DNA of 64,000 nucleotides from Bacteroidota bacterium (lineage in GTDB: Bacteria > Bacteroidota > Bacteroidia > Bacteroidales > WCHB1-69), in NCBI GenBank assembly GCA_037130365.1, contig JBAXTE010000003.1, forward strand, positions 15,458 to 79,457. The letters run 5' to 3'. Below are positions 1 through 9,767 of this stretch, in pieces. The notes beneath the pieces are model-generated. The model was not told where the DNA came from, did no database searches, and was given only the letters and a program-made list of their open reading frames with translations. The number at the start of each line of letters is the position of its first letter. Positions within the stretch are counted from its first letter, which is position 1. Made by a program: the position numbers and the translations under genes.

Positions 1-175
1 CACTTTTTTTAGTTTTACAAAAATAAAGAATTTTTTGCAAATAAATACATTAATTGCCAGTAGCTCAAAATATAATTAACCTCAAAAGATGGTATTTTGT
101 TAGAAAATTTAAAAAATCAGGAATTTTTGATGTCAATTTGATGCAATCAATGGAAATATTATTAAAGAATATGGT

Positions 176-183
176 TATATTTG
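176..183 (+). promoter_or_regulatory. Candidate Bacteroidota -7 box (TAnnTTTG, tatatttg) upstream of the nonulosonic acid operon
   Basis: Exact TAnnTTTG match, but about 180 nt upstream of the ATG at 363, which is far for this promoter type. Confidence 0.2.
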
Positions 184-362
184 CATAAAAATATATTAAT
201 GACGAATAAAAAACAGAGAATTAGTGGAGCTGATGAATTTACGAGTTCATTTATCAAAAATCTTATTTTAATGAATTTCAAATTATTTCAATTTCGCAAA
301 ATCTTCATTTACACTCTTTAATTAATATCAATATCTCATAATCAATTAATAACAGTTCAAAA

Positions 363-1514
363 ATGCATAAATTCCAACCAATTATTAACTTTATCCAACA
401 ACTTTTCAATCAACAAAAAGGCTTTATCTCTCTTCACACACCAACATTTATTGGAAATGAAAAAAAGTATTTAAACGAATGTATCGATACTACTTTTGTT
501 TCAAGTGTGGGAAAATTTGTAGATAATTTTGAACTAAAAATGGCTGAATACACTGGTGCTAAAAAAGCTGTTTCTTGTGTAAATGGAACAAATGCACTTC
601 ATTTGGCATTAAAACTAGTTGGTGTTGAACAAGGAGATGAAGTTATTACACAGCCACTTACATTTATTGCAACGTGTAATGCAATTAGCTATATTGGTGC
701 AAAGCCGGTTTTTGTAGACGTAGATCTTGAAACAATGGGGATGTCGCCAAGTGCACTAAAAGAGTGGCTAAAAGAGTGCGTAGAATTGAACGAATTGTCG
801 CAACCAATAAATAAAATTTCAGGTAAACGTGTTGCGGCTTGTGTTCCAATGCACACTTTTGGACATCCAGTAAAAATTGATGAAATAGTTTCAATTTGCA
901 ATGATTATAATATTCCTGTTATAGAAGATGCTGCTGAAAGCTTGGGTAGTTTCTACAAAGAGAAACATACTGGAACTTATGGAAAAATTGGGGTATTAAG
1001 TTTTAATGGCAATAAAATCCTTACTACGGGTGGAGGTGGTATGTTATTGTTTAACGATGATATTTTAGCTAAGAGAGCTAAACATCTTACAACACAAGCC
1101 AAAGTTCCTCACCCTTGGGAATTTGTTCATGATGAAATTGGATATAATTATCGTATGCCAAATATTAATGCAGCTATAGGACTTGCTCAACTTGAACAGA
1201 TATCACTTTTTGTAAATGCGAAAAGAAAAATTGCGCTAGAATACCAAAAATATTTTAATAACTCTGATGTAAAATATATTATAGAACCCAAAAATTCAGC
1301 TTCAAATTATTGGTTAAATTGTGTTATGTTTGAAAACAAACTAACTCGAGACGAGTTTTTGGAATTTTCTAATAAAAATGGGGTAATGTCAAGGCCAGCT
1401 TGGCAGTTAATGAATAAACTTGAGATGTTCAAAGATTGTCAATGTGGAAAATTGACAAACTCAGAATACATTGCCGATCGATTAGTCAATTTACCAAGTA
1501 GCGTCATATTATGA
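363..1514 (+). CDS. legC: LegC-family (DegT/DnrJ/EryC1) PLP aminotransferase for 4-amino-4,6-dideoxy-hexosamine
   Basis: N-terminus ISLHTPTFIGNEKKYLNECIDTTFVSSVGKFVDNFE and NGTNALHLAL...GDEVITQPLTFIATCNA match the LegC-type pattern. First gene of a NeuD-NeuB-NeuC operon with overlapping stops and starts. Confidence 0.8.
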   Translation: MHKFQPIINFIQQLFNQQKGFISLHTPTFIGNEKKYLNECIDTTFVSSVGKFVDNFELKMAEYTGAKKAVSCVNGTNALHLALKLVGVEQGDEVITQPLTFIATCNAISYIGAKPVFVDVDLETMGMSPSALKEWLKECVELNELSQPINKISGKRVAACVPMHTFGHPVKIDEIVSICNDYNIPVIEDAAESLGSFYKEKHTGTYGKIGVLSFNGNKILTTGGGGMLLFNDDILAKRAKHLTTQAKVPHPWEFVHDEIGYNYRMPNINAAIGLAQLEQISLFVNAKRKIALEYQKYFNNSDVKYIIEPKNSASNYWLNCVMFENKLTRDEFLEFSNKNGVMSRPAWQLMNKLEMFKDCQCGKLTNSEYIADRLVNLPSSVIL

Positions 1515-2146
1515 AAAAAGTTGCACTTATAGGTTATTCTGGTCATGCTTATGTAGTTGCAGATATTCTACTTGATATGGGATATTCAATTGTTGGTTAC
1601 TTCGAAAAACAAGAAGCCAAGAGCAATCCGTATAATATTCAATATTTAGGATTTGATAAAGAAATTGACTTTTCTGAATATTTAAAAAATGATATATATA
1701 TATTCCCAGCAATTGGAGATAATAAAATTAGACAAAAAGTTATTTCCTTTTTTAGAGCTAATTCTTTTCCAATGATTAACGCAATAAGTCCAAGTGCTAA
1801 TATTTCAAGCAATGTTACAATTGGGAGTGGAAGCTTAGTTTGCCAAGGTGCATGTATTAACCCATTTGCAAAAATTGCTGATGGTGTAATTATTAATACT
1901 GGCGCCATTATAGAACATGAATGCGAAGTTGAAAGTTATGCTCACATTGCCCCCGGAGCAGTATTAGCCGGAAATGTTAGAGTTGGTAAAGGGAGCTTTA
2001 TCGGAGCTAATTCATTTGTGAAACAAGGTATTTTTATTGGCAACAATGTGATTATTGGCGCTGGTTCTGTAATTATTAATAATATTTCAGAAAACGAAGT
2101 TTGGGTTGGAAACCCTGCAAAAAAAATAAAAGAAAATGATAAATAA
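1511..2146 (+). CDS. NeuD/PglD-family left-handed beta-helix sugar N-acetyltransferase (LegH-like by context)
   Basis: N-terminal Rossmann-like VALIGYSGHA plus C-terminal hexapeptide repeats (IGSGSLV, IADGVIINTGAIIEH, VGKGSFIGANS, IGNNVIIGAGSV). 4-nt overlap with the upstream gene. Confidence 0.8.
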   Translation: MKKVALIGYSGHAYVVADILLDMGYSIVGYFEKQEAKSNPYNIQYLGFDKEIDFSEYLKNDIYIFPAIGDNKIRQKVISFFRANSFPMINAISPSANISSNVTIGSGSLVCQGACINPFAKIADGVIINTGAIIEHECEVESYAHIAPGAVLAGNVRVGKGSFIGANSFVKQGIFIGNNVIIGAGSVIINNISENEVWVGNPAKKIKENDK

Positions 2147-3140
2147 AACTTTAATAATTGCTGAAGCTGGAGTAAATCATAATGGGTCTATTGATTTAGC
2201 AAAAAAACTCATAGATATTGCCGTTGATGCAGGTGCAGATGTTGTAAAATTTCAAACTTTTAAAGCCGATAAAATTGCAAGTAAGATTGCTCAAAAAGCA
2301 GATTATCAAAAGGAAAATATATCAAATAAAGATGAAACCCAGTATGAGATGATCAAAAAGCTTGAACTAGATTTTGATGCTCATAAAATTCTAATTGATT
2401 ATTGCAAAATTAAGGGAATCATCTTTCTTTCTACCCCTTTTGATTTAGATAGTATTGATTTACTGGTAACTTTAGAAATGGAAACCTTCAAAATTCCTTC
2501 TGGTGAAATTACTAATTTACCCTATTTAATGAAAGTCGCTAAATTAAATAAAAAAGTAATTATGTCAACAGGAATGTCAAGTTTAGGGGATATTGAAAAA
2601 GCACTTGATATTTTAACACATAATGGAACAGATAAAAATAATATTGTACTTTTACATGCTAATACAGAATATCCAACTCCAATTAAAGATGTTAATTTGA
2701 AATCAATGGTTACAATTGGAAATGCATTTAATGTAAAATACGGCTATTCAGACCATACCAATGGTATTGAAGTGGCAATTGCTGCAGTCGCTCTTGGCGC
2801 ATCTGTAATAGAGAAACATTTCACTTTGGATAAAACAATGGAGGGTCCAGACCATAAAGCCAGCCTTGAACCTTTAGAATTAAAAATAATGGTTCAATCA
2901 ATTAGAAATATTGAACTGGCATTAGGAGATGGAATTAAACATGCCTCTGAAAGCGAATCAAAAAACATCAATATTGCGAGAAAAAGTATAGTTGCGGCAA
3001 AAAAAATAGAAATTGGCGAGTTGTTTACTGAGGAGAATCTTACGACAAAACGTCCAGGGAATGGGATGTCCCCAATGAAATGGTTTGAGCTATTGGGAAC
3101 AAAGGCGAGCAAGTCGTATAATGAGGATGAATTAATATGA
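2136..3140 (+). CDS. neuB: N-acetylneuraminate/legionaminate synthase (NeuB/LegI family)
   Basis: IIAEAGVNHNGSIDLAKKLID...GADVVKFQTF start, SDHT motif, and a C-terminal SAF domain (ARKSIVAAKKIEIGELFT..NL..KRPG.G). Confidence 0.9.
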   Translation: MINKTLIIAEAGVNHNGSIDLAKKLIDIAVDAGADVVKFQTFKADKIASKIAQKADYQKENISNKDETQYEMIKKLELDFDAHKILIDYCKIKGIIFLSTPFDLDSIDLLVTLEMETFKIPSGEITNLPYLMKVAKLNKKVIMSTGMSSLGDIEKALDILTHNGTDKNNIVLLHANTEYPTPIKDVNLKSMVTIGNAFNVKYGYSDHTNGIEVAIAAVALGASVIEKHFTLDKTMEGPDHKASLEPLELKIMVQSIRNIELALGDGIKHASESESKNINIARKSIVAAKKIEIGELFTEENLTTKRPGNGMSPMKWFELLGTKASKSYNEDELI

Positions 3141-4291
3141 GAAAGATTTGTATTGTTACTGGGAGTAGAGCAGAATATGGCTTACTTAGTAGGTTGATGA
3201 AACTCATTGATGAAGATAATTCATTAATTCTTCAGATTATTGCTACCAATATGCACTTATCTCCCGAATTTGGGTTAACATATAAAGAAATTGAAGCTGA
3301 CGGCTTTATCATAGACAAGAAAGTGCAGATGCTTTTATCTTCAGACACACCAAATGCTACAGCAAAATCTGTGGGTTTAGCTACAATCGGTTTTGCTGAT
3401 GCTTTCGAAGATTTAAAACCTGATCTATTGCTTGTACTTGGCGACAGATACGAAATATTAGCAGCCGTTACTGCTGCAATGTTTTATAAAATTCCAGTTG
3501 CTCATTTACATGGTGGAGAAATTACCGAAGGTGCTTATGATGATGCAATTCGTCATGCTATTACAAAAATGAGTCATCTTCACTTTTCATCTTCAGAGGA
3601 ATACAGAAGTAGAGTTATTCAGCTTGGCGAAGATCCAGAAAATGTATTTAATGTAGGTTCAATTGGCATTGATAACATCAAACATCTGAAATTATTATCA
3701 CAAAATGATTTAGAAGAAAACCTAAACTTTACATTTGGAGAAAAGTGTGTGTTAGTTACTTTTCATCCTGTTACTTTAGAAAACGATACTGCAGAAGAGC
3801 AAATGCATTGTCTTCTAGAAGCATTATCCTCAATTGAAAAGCTAAAGATAATATTTACACTTCCAAACTCGGATACTGGTGGTCGAATAATTATTAAAAT
3901 GATACATAATTATGTTAGGAATAATAATCAAAAATCAATTTCAGTTTCATCCCTTGGACAACTAAAATACTTCTCATCTCTTCAATATGTTAGCGCTGTT
4001 GTTGGTAATTCATCTAGCGGATTAATAGAGGCTCCATCTTTCAACATTCCCACCTTAAATATTGGAAATCGTCAACAAGGAAGACTAAAATCAAAAACAG
4101 TAATTGATTGCGAACCAACGGTTAAAGATATTCGAGAAAAATTACTAATGATTTTAACTCCAGAGTTTAAAAAAGGATGTCAAGAAAACTCAAATCCATA
4201 TCAGAAAGCAAATACCGCTAAAGAAATTTTCTCAATTATTAAAAAGATTCCGATAAGTAATCTTATTCATAAAAGTTTTAATAATCTATAA
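3137..4291 (+). CDS. neuC: UDP-N-acetylglucosamine 2-epimerase (hydrolysing), NeuC/LegG family
   Basis: MRKICIVTGSRAEYGLL..., LGDRYE, HLHGGE, and GNSSSGLIEAP motifs typical of hydrolysing 2-epimerases. Confidence 0.9.
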   Translation: MRKICIVTGSRAEYGLLSRLMKLIDEDNSLILQIIATNMHLSPEFGLTYKEIEADGFIIDKKVQMLLSSDTPNATAKSVGLATIGFADAFEDLKPDLLLVLGDRYEILAAVTAAMFYKIPVAHLHGGEITEGAYDDAIRHAITKMSHLHFSSSEEYRSRVIQLGEDPENVFNVGSIGIDNIKHLKLLSQNDLEENLNFTFGEKCVLVTFHPVTLENDTAEEQMHCLLEALSSIEKLKIIFTLPNSDTGGRIIIKMIHNYVRNNNQKSISVSSLGQLKYFSSLQYVSAVVGNSSSGLIEAPSFNIPTLNIGNRQQGRLKSKTVIDCEPTVKDIREKLLMILTPEFKKGCQENSNPYQKANTAKEIFSIIKKIPISNLIHKSFNNL

Positions 4292-4292
4292 A

Positions 4293-5333
4293 ATGAAAAA
4301 TTACACACGTCATATTATTTCTTATAATGCAACTCTCATTGATGGATTAAATGCAATTAATAACATTACAAATGCAATTCTTTGTCTATTTGTCCTTGAT
4401 AATGATAAACGATTAGTGGGTACACTTACCGACGGTGATATACGTAGGGCTTTAATCAAAGGGTTAAACCTTAATGATAGAATTGAAATCGTTATGGAGA
4501 AAAACTTTCAATCTATCTTGATAGAAGATATTACCCCAGCTCAGATTAAAAAATTTAGAAATAAAGGAATAAAATTGCTCCCTTGTGTTGACAAAGATGG
4601 CATAATTATTAAAATGTATGATCTTGTTGCTAAAAAATCAATTCTGCCAATAGATGCTGTGCTTATGGCCGGTGGAAAAGGTGAAAGATTACGACCATTG
4701 ACAGAAAAAACTCCAAAACCTTTACTTAATGTTGGAAATAAAACAATTATTGATCATAATGTGAACAGAATGCTTCAATTTGGAATTGAGCATATTCATG
4801 TAACAACCAATTATTTAGCCGAACAAATTGAAACTCATTTTTTAAAAGAAATTGATGGAGTGAAAATTAATTGTATTAAAGAACCCAAATTCTTAGGAAC
4901 CATGGGGTCGGTTAAGTTTATCAAAAATTTTCACCACAACACCGTCTTGGTAATGAATTCTGACCTTTTTACAAATATTGATTTTGAAGACTTCTATGCG
5001 CATCACCTTCAGCATAATGCAGATATATCTGTTGCCGCAATTCCATATTCAGTTTCAGTACCTTATGGCGTTTTGGAGTTGGAAGAATCAAAAATAAAAG
5101 GATTAAGAGAAAAACCAACGTATAACTACTACGCCAATGGAGGAATTTATTTAGTTAATAGGAAGCTTTTTGATCTTATTCCAGAAGATACCTTTTTTGA
5201 TGCAACTGATTTTATTGAAAAACTAATTGCAGAAAATTATAACGTAGTTCGCTTTCCCCTTGTTGGTTATTGGATAGATATTGGAAAACATGAGGATTAT
5301 AAAAAAGCAATGGAACTTGTAAAATACATTTAA
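4293..5333 (+). CDS. CBS-domain nucleotidyltransferase (PtmE-like sugar-1-phosphate nucleotidylyltransferase)
   Basis: N-terminal CBS pair (LVGTLTDGDIRRAL) followed by the NTP-transferase signature MAGGKGERLRPLTEKTPKPLL. Confidence 0.85.
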   Translation: MKNYTRHIISYNATLIDGLNAINNITNAILCLFVLDNDKRLVGTLTDGDIRRALIKGLNLNDRIEIVMEKNFQSILIEDITPAQIKKFRNKGIKLLPCVDKDGIIIKMYDLVAKKSILPIDAVLMAGGKGERLRPLTEKTPKPLLNVGNKTIIDHNVNRMLQFGIEHIHVTTNYLAEQIETHFLKEIDGVKINCIKEPKFLGTMGSVKFIKNFHHNTVLVMNSDLFTNIDFEDFYAHHLQHNADISVAAIPYSVSVPYGVLELEESKIKGLREKPTYNYYANGGIYLVNRKLFDLIPEDTFFDATDFIEKLIAENYNVVRFPLVGYWIDIGKHEDYKKAMELVKYI

Positions 5334-5342
5334 ATATATATT

Positions 5343-6371
5343 ATGAAAGAAATTAAAATAATTGCTGAACTTGCTTGGGGTCATGATGGCGACATTAACC
5401 AAGCTATTAATTTATTGCGTGCTGCAAAAGACGCTGGTGCTGATTTATTTAGTATCCACATTACAGACATTCCAACATATATGGTTAAATATTATGGAAA
5501 TGGTGAAGGAAAAGTTTCTGCAGGTCGTGAGTCGCTCGATGTATATAACTATCTTGAAAAAATAAATATTTCTGAAGAAAATTGGTTATTGTTTTCAAGC
5601 GAGGCTAAAAAAATTGATTTACCGCTTTGCGTGATGCCTAACGATTTTAATTCATTAGCATTCTCCGAAAAGTCAATTAACCCCGAATATTATGTTGTTT
5701 CTGCTGCTTGTTTTGTTGAAGAAGAATTCTTGAGAAGCATCGCAAGAACTGGAAAGAAAACATTCTTCAGAATTGGTGGTGCTTATCTTGGTGAAATTGA
5801 AAAAGCAATTAATATTTTTAAAGAAGAAAAAAATTCTGAAATTGTATTGCTTCATGGATTCCAAAACTACCCTACTAAACTAGAGGAAACAAATCTTGCC
5901 TTTTTAACTACTTTAAAAAACCTTTTTAATCTTGAAGTTGGATTAGCTGATCATATTGACGGTGGAGATGAATTAGCAGCCGTAATTCCTATGATGTCTA
6001 TTGCTTATGGTGCTACATATATTGAAAAACATATTACTCTAGACAGAAATCAAAAAAGTGAGGATTTTGAATCTGCTTTAGATCCTCAACAATTTGCTAA
6101 AATGGTTGGTTTTATTAAATCAGCTCAAGTTGCTGTTGGTGATAATTTTATTTCGGAACTAAGCCCAGCTACCATTCGATACCGTAATGTATCTAGAAAA
6201 AGAATTGTTGCTAGTAAAAATTTAGCAAAAGGCGAAAGAATTCAATTACAAGATTTATCTTTCAAAAGATGTGATATTGGACTAACTCCAGATTGTTTAG
6301 ATAAAATTGTTGGTCGTGTACTTTTAAAAGATATTAATGCAGACGATGCAATTAATTATGAATTATTTTAA
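5343..6371 (+). CDS. Divergent second NeuB-family (N-acetylneuraminate synthase-like) protein
   Basis: IIAELAWGHDGDINQAINLLRAAKDAGADLF, ADH motif, and a C-terminal SAF-like RKRIVASKNLAKGERI. Clearly a paralog of the 2136-3140 product but with insertions. Confidence 0.75.
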   Translation: MKEIKIIAELAWGHDGDINQAINLLRAAKDAGADLFSIHITDIPTYMVKYYGNGEGKVSAGRESLDVYNYLEKINISEENWLLFSSEAKKIDLPLCVMPNDFNSLAFSEKSINPEYYVVSAACFVEEEFLRSIARTGKKTFFRIGGAYLGEIEKAINIFKEEKNSEIVLLHGFQNYPTKLEETNLAFLTTLKNLFNLEVGLADHIDGGDELAAVIPMMSIAYGATYIEKHITLDRNQKSEDFESALDPQQFAKMVGFIKSAQVAVGDNFISELSPATIRYRNVSRKRIVASKNLAKGERIQLQDLSFKRCDIGLTPDCLDKIVGRVLLKDINADDAINYELF

Positions 6372-6374
6372 ATT

Positions 6375-7130
6375 ATGAAAATAGCTTTAGTTTTATCAAT
6401 TCGTGAAAAAGCAACTCGATTGCCTGGGAAAGTACTCAAGGAATTGCACGGACAAACTCTTACCGAGCATCTTATTGATCGACTCAAGATGGCAACAAAT
6501 GCTGATATGATTGTAATTGGAACATCCGACGACCCAAGAGATGCCGTTTTTAAAAATATTGCAACAAATAAAGGCGTAAATGTCTATTTTGGTGATCAAA
6601 ACGATAAACTTCTCAGATATTATCAAATCTGTAATCATTATAATTTAGATGGTGTTGTAATTATTGATGGTGACGACATTCTCTGTTTTCCCGAAATAAT
6701 GACTAGAAATGTTGAGATACTAAAAGAAGGAAATGATGATGTAGTTTTTTGGAAAAATCTACCTCTTGGTGCTGCCTCGTCAGGTCTTACCAAAAATGCT
6801 TTAGAAAAAGTAATTGAATTAAAGGCAGAAAACGACACAGAAGTTTGGGGTGGTTATTTTTTGAATTCAAATAAATTCAAAGTAAATATCATGGAAAATC
6901 CAGACGAAAGATTAAATCACCCTGAAATCAGAATGACACTCGATTATCAAGAAGATTATGACTTTGTTAAATGCATATTTGATGATTTATATCCCAAAAA
7001 CAACAATTTTTCTTCTTATGATGTAATTAATTACATCCTTGAAAATCCTGAATTAATTGAGATGACTCAAGGTGCTCAATTAAAATATGAAGAACATTTA
7101 AAAAAAGCTAAACCTGTTAAATTCAAATAA
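6375..7130 (+). CDS. Cytidylyltransferase (CMP-NulO synthetase / SpsF-like CTP_transf_3 family)
   Basis: N-terminus IALVLSIREKATRLPGKVLKEL is typical of acylneuraminate cytidylyltransferase-like enzymes. Follows the NeuB-like gene. Confidence 0.7.
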   Translation: MKIALVLSIREKATRLPGKVLKELHGQTLTEHLIDRLKMATNADMIVIGTSDDPRDAVFKNIATNKGVNVYFGDQNDKLLRYYQICNHYNLDGVVIIDGDDILCFPEIMTRNVEILKEGNDDVVFWKNLPLGAASSGLTKNALEKVIELKAENDTEVWGGYFLNSNKFKVNIMENPDERLNHPEIRMTLDYQEDYDFVKCIFDDLYPKNNNFSSYDVINYILENPELIEMTQGAQLKYEEHLKKAKPVKFK

Positions 7131-7133
7131 ATT

Positions 7134-8120
7134 ATGACGAAATTTTTAGTATTAGGACTAGGTTCAATGGGAAAAAGAAGAGTGAGATGTCTTAAATCGC
7201 TTGGATACTCTTCAATTACAGGATTTGATTTTCGTGAGGATAGACGGCAAGAAGCAAAGGAAAAATATGGTATTGAGACCTTAGATTCTGTTGATTCCTC
7301 AACAATTTCAGCCTTCGATGTGCTTATTATTTCAACACCTCCCGATCAACATACTCATTATGCAAAATTAGCTATAGATAACTTAAAACCAGCATTTATC
7401 GAAGGAAGTGTGCTTTTAAATGAGGTTAAAGAATTAATTGCATATAACAAAAATCAAGTTTTTTTAGCACCTTCGTGTACACTGAAATTCCATCCAATAA
7501 TAAAGGATATTTCTTCGCTAATTAAAGATAAAAAATATGGTAAAGTAACAAACTTCTCATACCACTCTGGTCAATTTTTGCCTGATTGGCACCCATGGGA
7601 AAATGTGAAAGATTTTTATGTTTCAAAACGTGAAACTGGTGCTGGAAGAGAGATTGTACCCTTTGAATTAACTTGGATTGTAGATGCAATTGGGTGGCCA
7701 AATGATGTGAAAGGTGTTTTTGGTAAGACTTTAGAAGTAGGTGCGGAAATAGATGATACATATGCTTTTTTGCTAGATTATAAAACATTTTTTGGGAGTA
7801 TTATTGTTGATGTAGCTGCAAGATTTGCGACTCGTAATTTGATAATAAACTTAGAAAGAGCTCAATTACTTTGGAATTGGGAAGATGGTGTTTTAAAACT
7901 TTATGAAGCGGATTCAATGAGATGGATATCATTTCATCAACCAGAAAGTTTAGCCGCAGCAGGTTATAATAAAAATATTATTGAAAAAATGTATATTGAC
8001 GAAATCGATGCATTTATTATGGGAATTAAAAACCCAGCTAATTATCCAAATAGTTTAGAGGATGATTTAAAGGTGCTTCAAATTTTAGATAAAATTGAAA
8101 AAAGTTATGGAGGATTTTAA
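7134..8120 (+). CDS. Gfo/Idh/MocA-like NAD(P)-dependent oxidoreductase
   Basis: Rossmann start FLVLGLGSMGKRRV, size, and operon context. Confidence 0.65.
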   Translation: MTKFLVLGLGSMGKRRVRCLKSLGYSSITGFDFREDRRQEAKEKYGIETLDSVDSSTISAFDVLIISTPPDQHTHYAKLAIDNLKPAFIEGSVLLNEVKELIAYNKNQVFLAPSCTLKFHPIIKDISSLIKDKKYGKVTNFSYHSGQFLPDWHPWENVKDFYVSKRETGAGREIVPFELTWIVDAIGWPNDVKGVFGKTLEVGAEIDDTYAFLLDYKTFFGSIIVDVAARFATRNLIINLERAQLLWNWEDGVLKLYEADSMRWISFHQPESLAAAGYNKNIIEKMYIDEIDAFIMGIKNPANYPNSLEDDLKVLQILDKIEKSYGGF

Positions 8121-8121
8121 T

Positions 8122-9414
8122 ATGAATTATAGCGAAAGATTAAACAAAGCAATTCCTGGTGGTGCACATACCTATAGCAGAGGCGATGACCAATATCCAT
8201 CAAATGCTCCCCAAATATTCGAAAAAGGGGAAGGTGCTTATATTTATACACCAGAAGGCGATAAGTTTTTAGATTACGGAATGGCTCTTCGTGCAGTTAC
8301 CTTGGGTTATGGCCAAAAAGATGTTGCAGAAGCTGCTGTTAAACAAATTTACAACGGGAACAATCTCACTAGAGCATCAATAATTGAACTCGAAGCTGCC
8401 GAACTTTTAATTGATTTAATCCCTTCGGTTGATATGGTTAAATTTGCAAAAAATGGCTCTAATGTTACAACTGCAGCAGTAAAAATTGCACGAGCTTATA
8501 CTGGAAGAAAATATATTGTACGTTGTTTTGAGCATCCATTTTTCTCATTCGACGATTGGTTTATTGGCGATACTCCTCTAAAAAAAGGAATTCCTGAAGA
8601 GTTTTATAATCTAACGTTAAACTTTAAATACAACGACATTAGTTCTTTACAATTGCTTTTTGATAAATATCCAAATCAAATTGCCGGCGTTATATTAGAA
8701 CCTGCTGCTTCTGTACATCCAATTGATGGATTTTTGCATAAAGTAAAAGACTTATGCCATAAAAATGGTTCTTTGTTTATTCTTGACGAAATGATTACTG
8801 GATTTAGATGGCATTTGCAAGGTGCTCAAGTTTATTACGATATAGAATCTGACTTATGCACTTTTGGCAAAGGTATGGCAAATGGATTTTCTGTTTGTGC
8901 GTTAGCTGGGAAAAGAGAATTTATGAAAATTGGTGGTATAAAAGAGGAAGGTGCCGAAAGGGTGTTTTTAACTTCTACTACTCACGGTGCTGAAATGTGT
9001 GGACTCGGTGCATTTGTAAAATCAATTCAATTCTATAAAGAAAATAATGTTGTGGATCATTTGTGGAGTTATGGAAACAAACTTATGGATGGAATGAATC
9101 AAATTGCTAAAGATTTGAACCTTCAAGATTGCTTCGAGGCAAACGGAATTGCTTGCTCTCCTGGTTATGCTACCAAAGATCATTTAGGAAATGTTTCTCT
9201 TCCTTTCCGTACTCTGTTTTCTCAAGAAATGATTAAAAATGGCGTGTTAATGCCTTGGATTGCAATTTCTTATGCTCATACCGATAATGAATTACAATTT
9301 ACACTTGATGCGGTCCGAAAATCACTTGAAGTTTATAAATTAGCTATTAATCAAGGAGTTGAAAAATATTTAGTTGGTCCTTCAATTAAACCTGTTTTTA
9401 GACAATTTAATTAA
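8122..9414 (+). CDS. Class-III PLP aminotransferase (glutamate-1-semialdehyde 2,1-aminomutase-like)
   Basis: IPGGAHTYSRG, DEMITGFR, and the FGKGMANG lysine motif. I prefer the ATG at 8122, just after the upstream stop at 8120, over the TTG at 8095 used by the ORF track. Confidence 0.85.
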   Translation: MNYSERLNKAIPGGAHTYSRGDDQYPSNAPQIFEKGEGAYIYTPEGDKFLDYGMALRAVTLGYGQKDVAEAAVKQIYNGNNLTRASIIELEAAELLIDLIPSVDMVKFAKNGSNVTTAAVKIARAYTGRKYIVRCFEHPFFSFDDWFIGDTPLKKGIPEEFYNLTLNFKYNDISSLQLLFDKYPNQIAGVILEPAASVHPIDGFLHKVKDLCHKNGSLFILDEMITGFRWHLQGAQVYYDIESDLCTFGKGMANGFSVCALAGKREFMKIGGIKEEGAERVFLTSTTHGAEMCGLGAFVKSIQFYKENNVVDHLWSYGNKLMDGMNQIAKDLNLQDCFEANGIACSPGYATKDHLGNVSLPFRTLFSQEMIKNGVLMPWIAISYAHTDNELQFTLDAVRKSLEVYKLAINQGVEKYLVGPSIKPVFRQFN

Positions 9415-9484
9415 TGGATACCTAGCAATTTAGTGATACTAGATATTGAATTTTACACGATGCATAGTTGTTAGAAAAAAAAAT

Positions 9485-9667
9485 ATGACTATCCGTTTTT
9501 ATAACTAATTATAATATTTTATGGCGCCGCAGGTGTCAAATGTAATTAACCCCGTGCAAAGCACGGGGTTATAATGAATAGAAAGACTGATTTAGGCGGA
9601 AAAATTGTAGCGAAGCAAAACAATTTTTATGCATAAATCATAATTAGGACTCAAAACGGATAGCCAT
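9485..9667. repeat. About 180-nt structured intergenic element bracketed by a 28-nt imperfect inverted repeat, with two internal perfect hairpins
   Basis: 9485-9512 (atgactatccgtttttataactaattat) is the reverse complement of 9640-9667 at 23 of 28 positions. Internal hairpins lie at 9548-9570 and 9600-9628. Confidence 0.5.
9548..9570 (+). terminator. Perfect 10-bp stem / 3-nt loop hairpin (aaccccgtgc-aaa-gcacggggtt), possible terminator of the upstream operon
   Basis: GC-rich perfect stem 134 nt downstream of the stop at 9414. No U-tract follows, so the assignment is tentative. Confidence 0.3.
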
Positions 9668-9767
9668 AAGAATAATACATATAAAAAATAAATAACTGAA
9701 TTACAGATGTGTGTATGCAAATATTGAAAATTTATCGAACAATAATGGAAAAAATAAAAATAAATTC

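Noticed and set aside
199-321. 40-aa ORF (MTNKKQRISGADEFTSSFIKNLILMNFKLFQFRKIFIYTL) just after a TAnnTTTG box, upstream of legC.
   Set aside because: No recognisable motif and low complexity. It could be a leader peptide, but nothing in the sequence supports that beyond its position.
685-901. Antisense ORFs of 60-140 aa inside larger genes. Examples: 685-894, 689-901, 1639-1908, 6396-6638, 31688-32116, 39732-40160, 46520-46837, 48941-49333, 50258-50590, 62067-62393.
   Set aside because: All lie fully within longer ORFs that carry clear family motifs on the other strand or frame. Their low-complexity, Leu/Phe/Ile/Ser-rich translations are typical of shadow ORFs in AT-rich DNA.
9548-9570. Calling the GC-rich hairpin a canonical rho-independent terminator.
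   Set aside because: No U-tract follows the stem. It is retained only as a low-confidence terminator or structural element.
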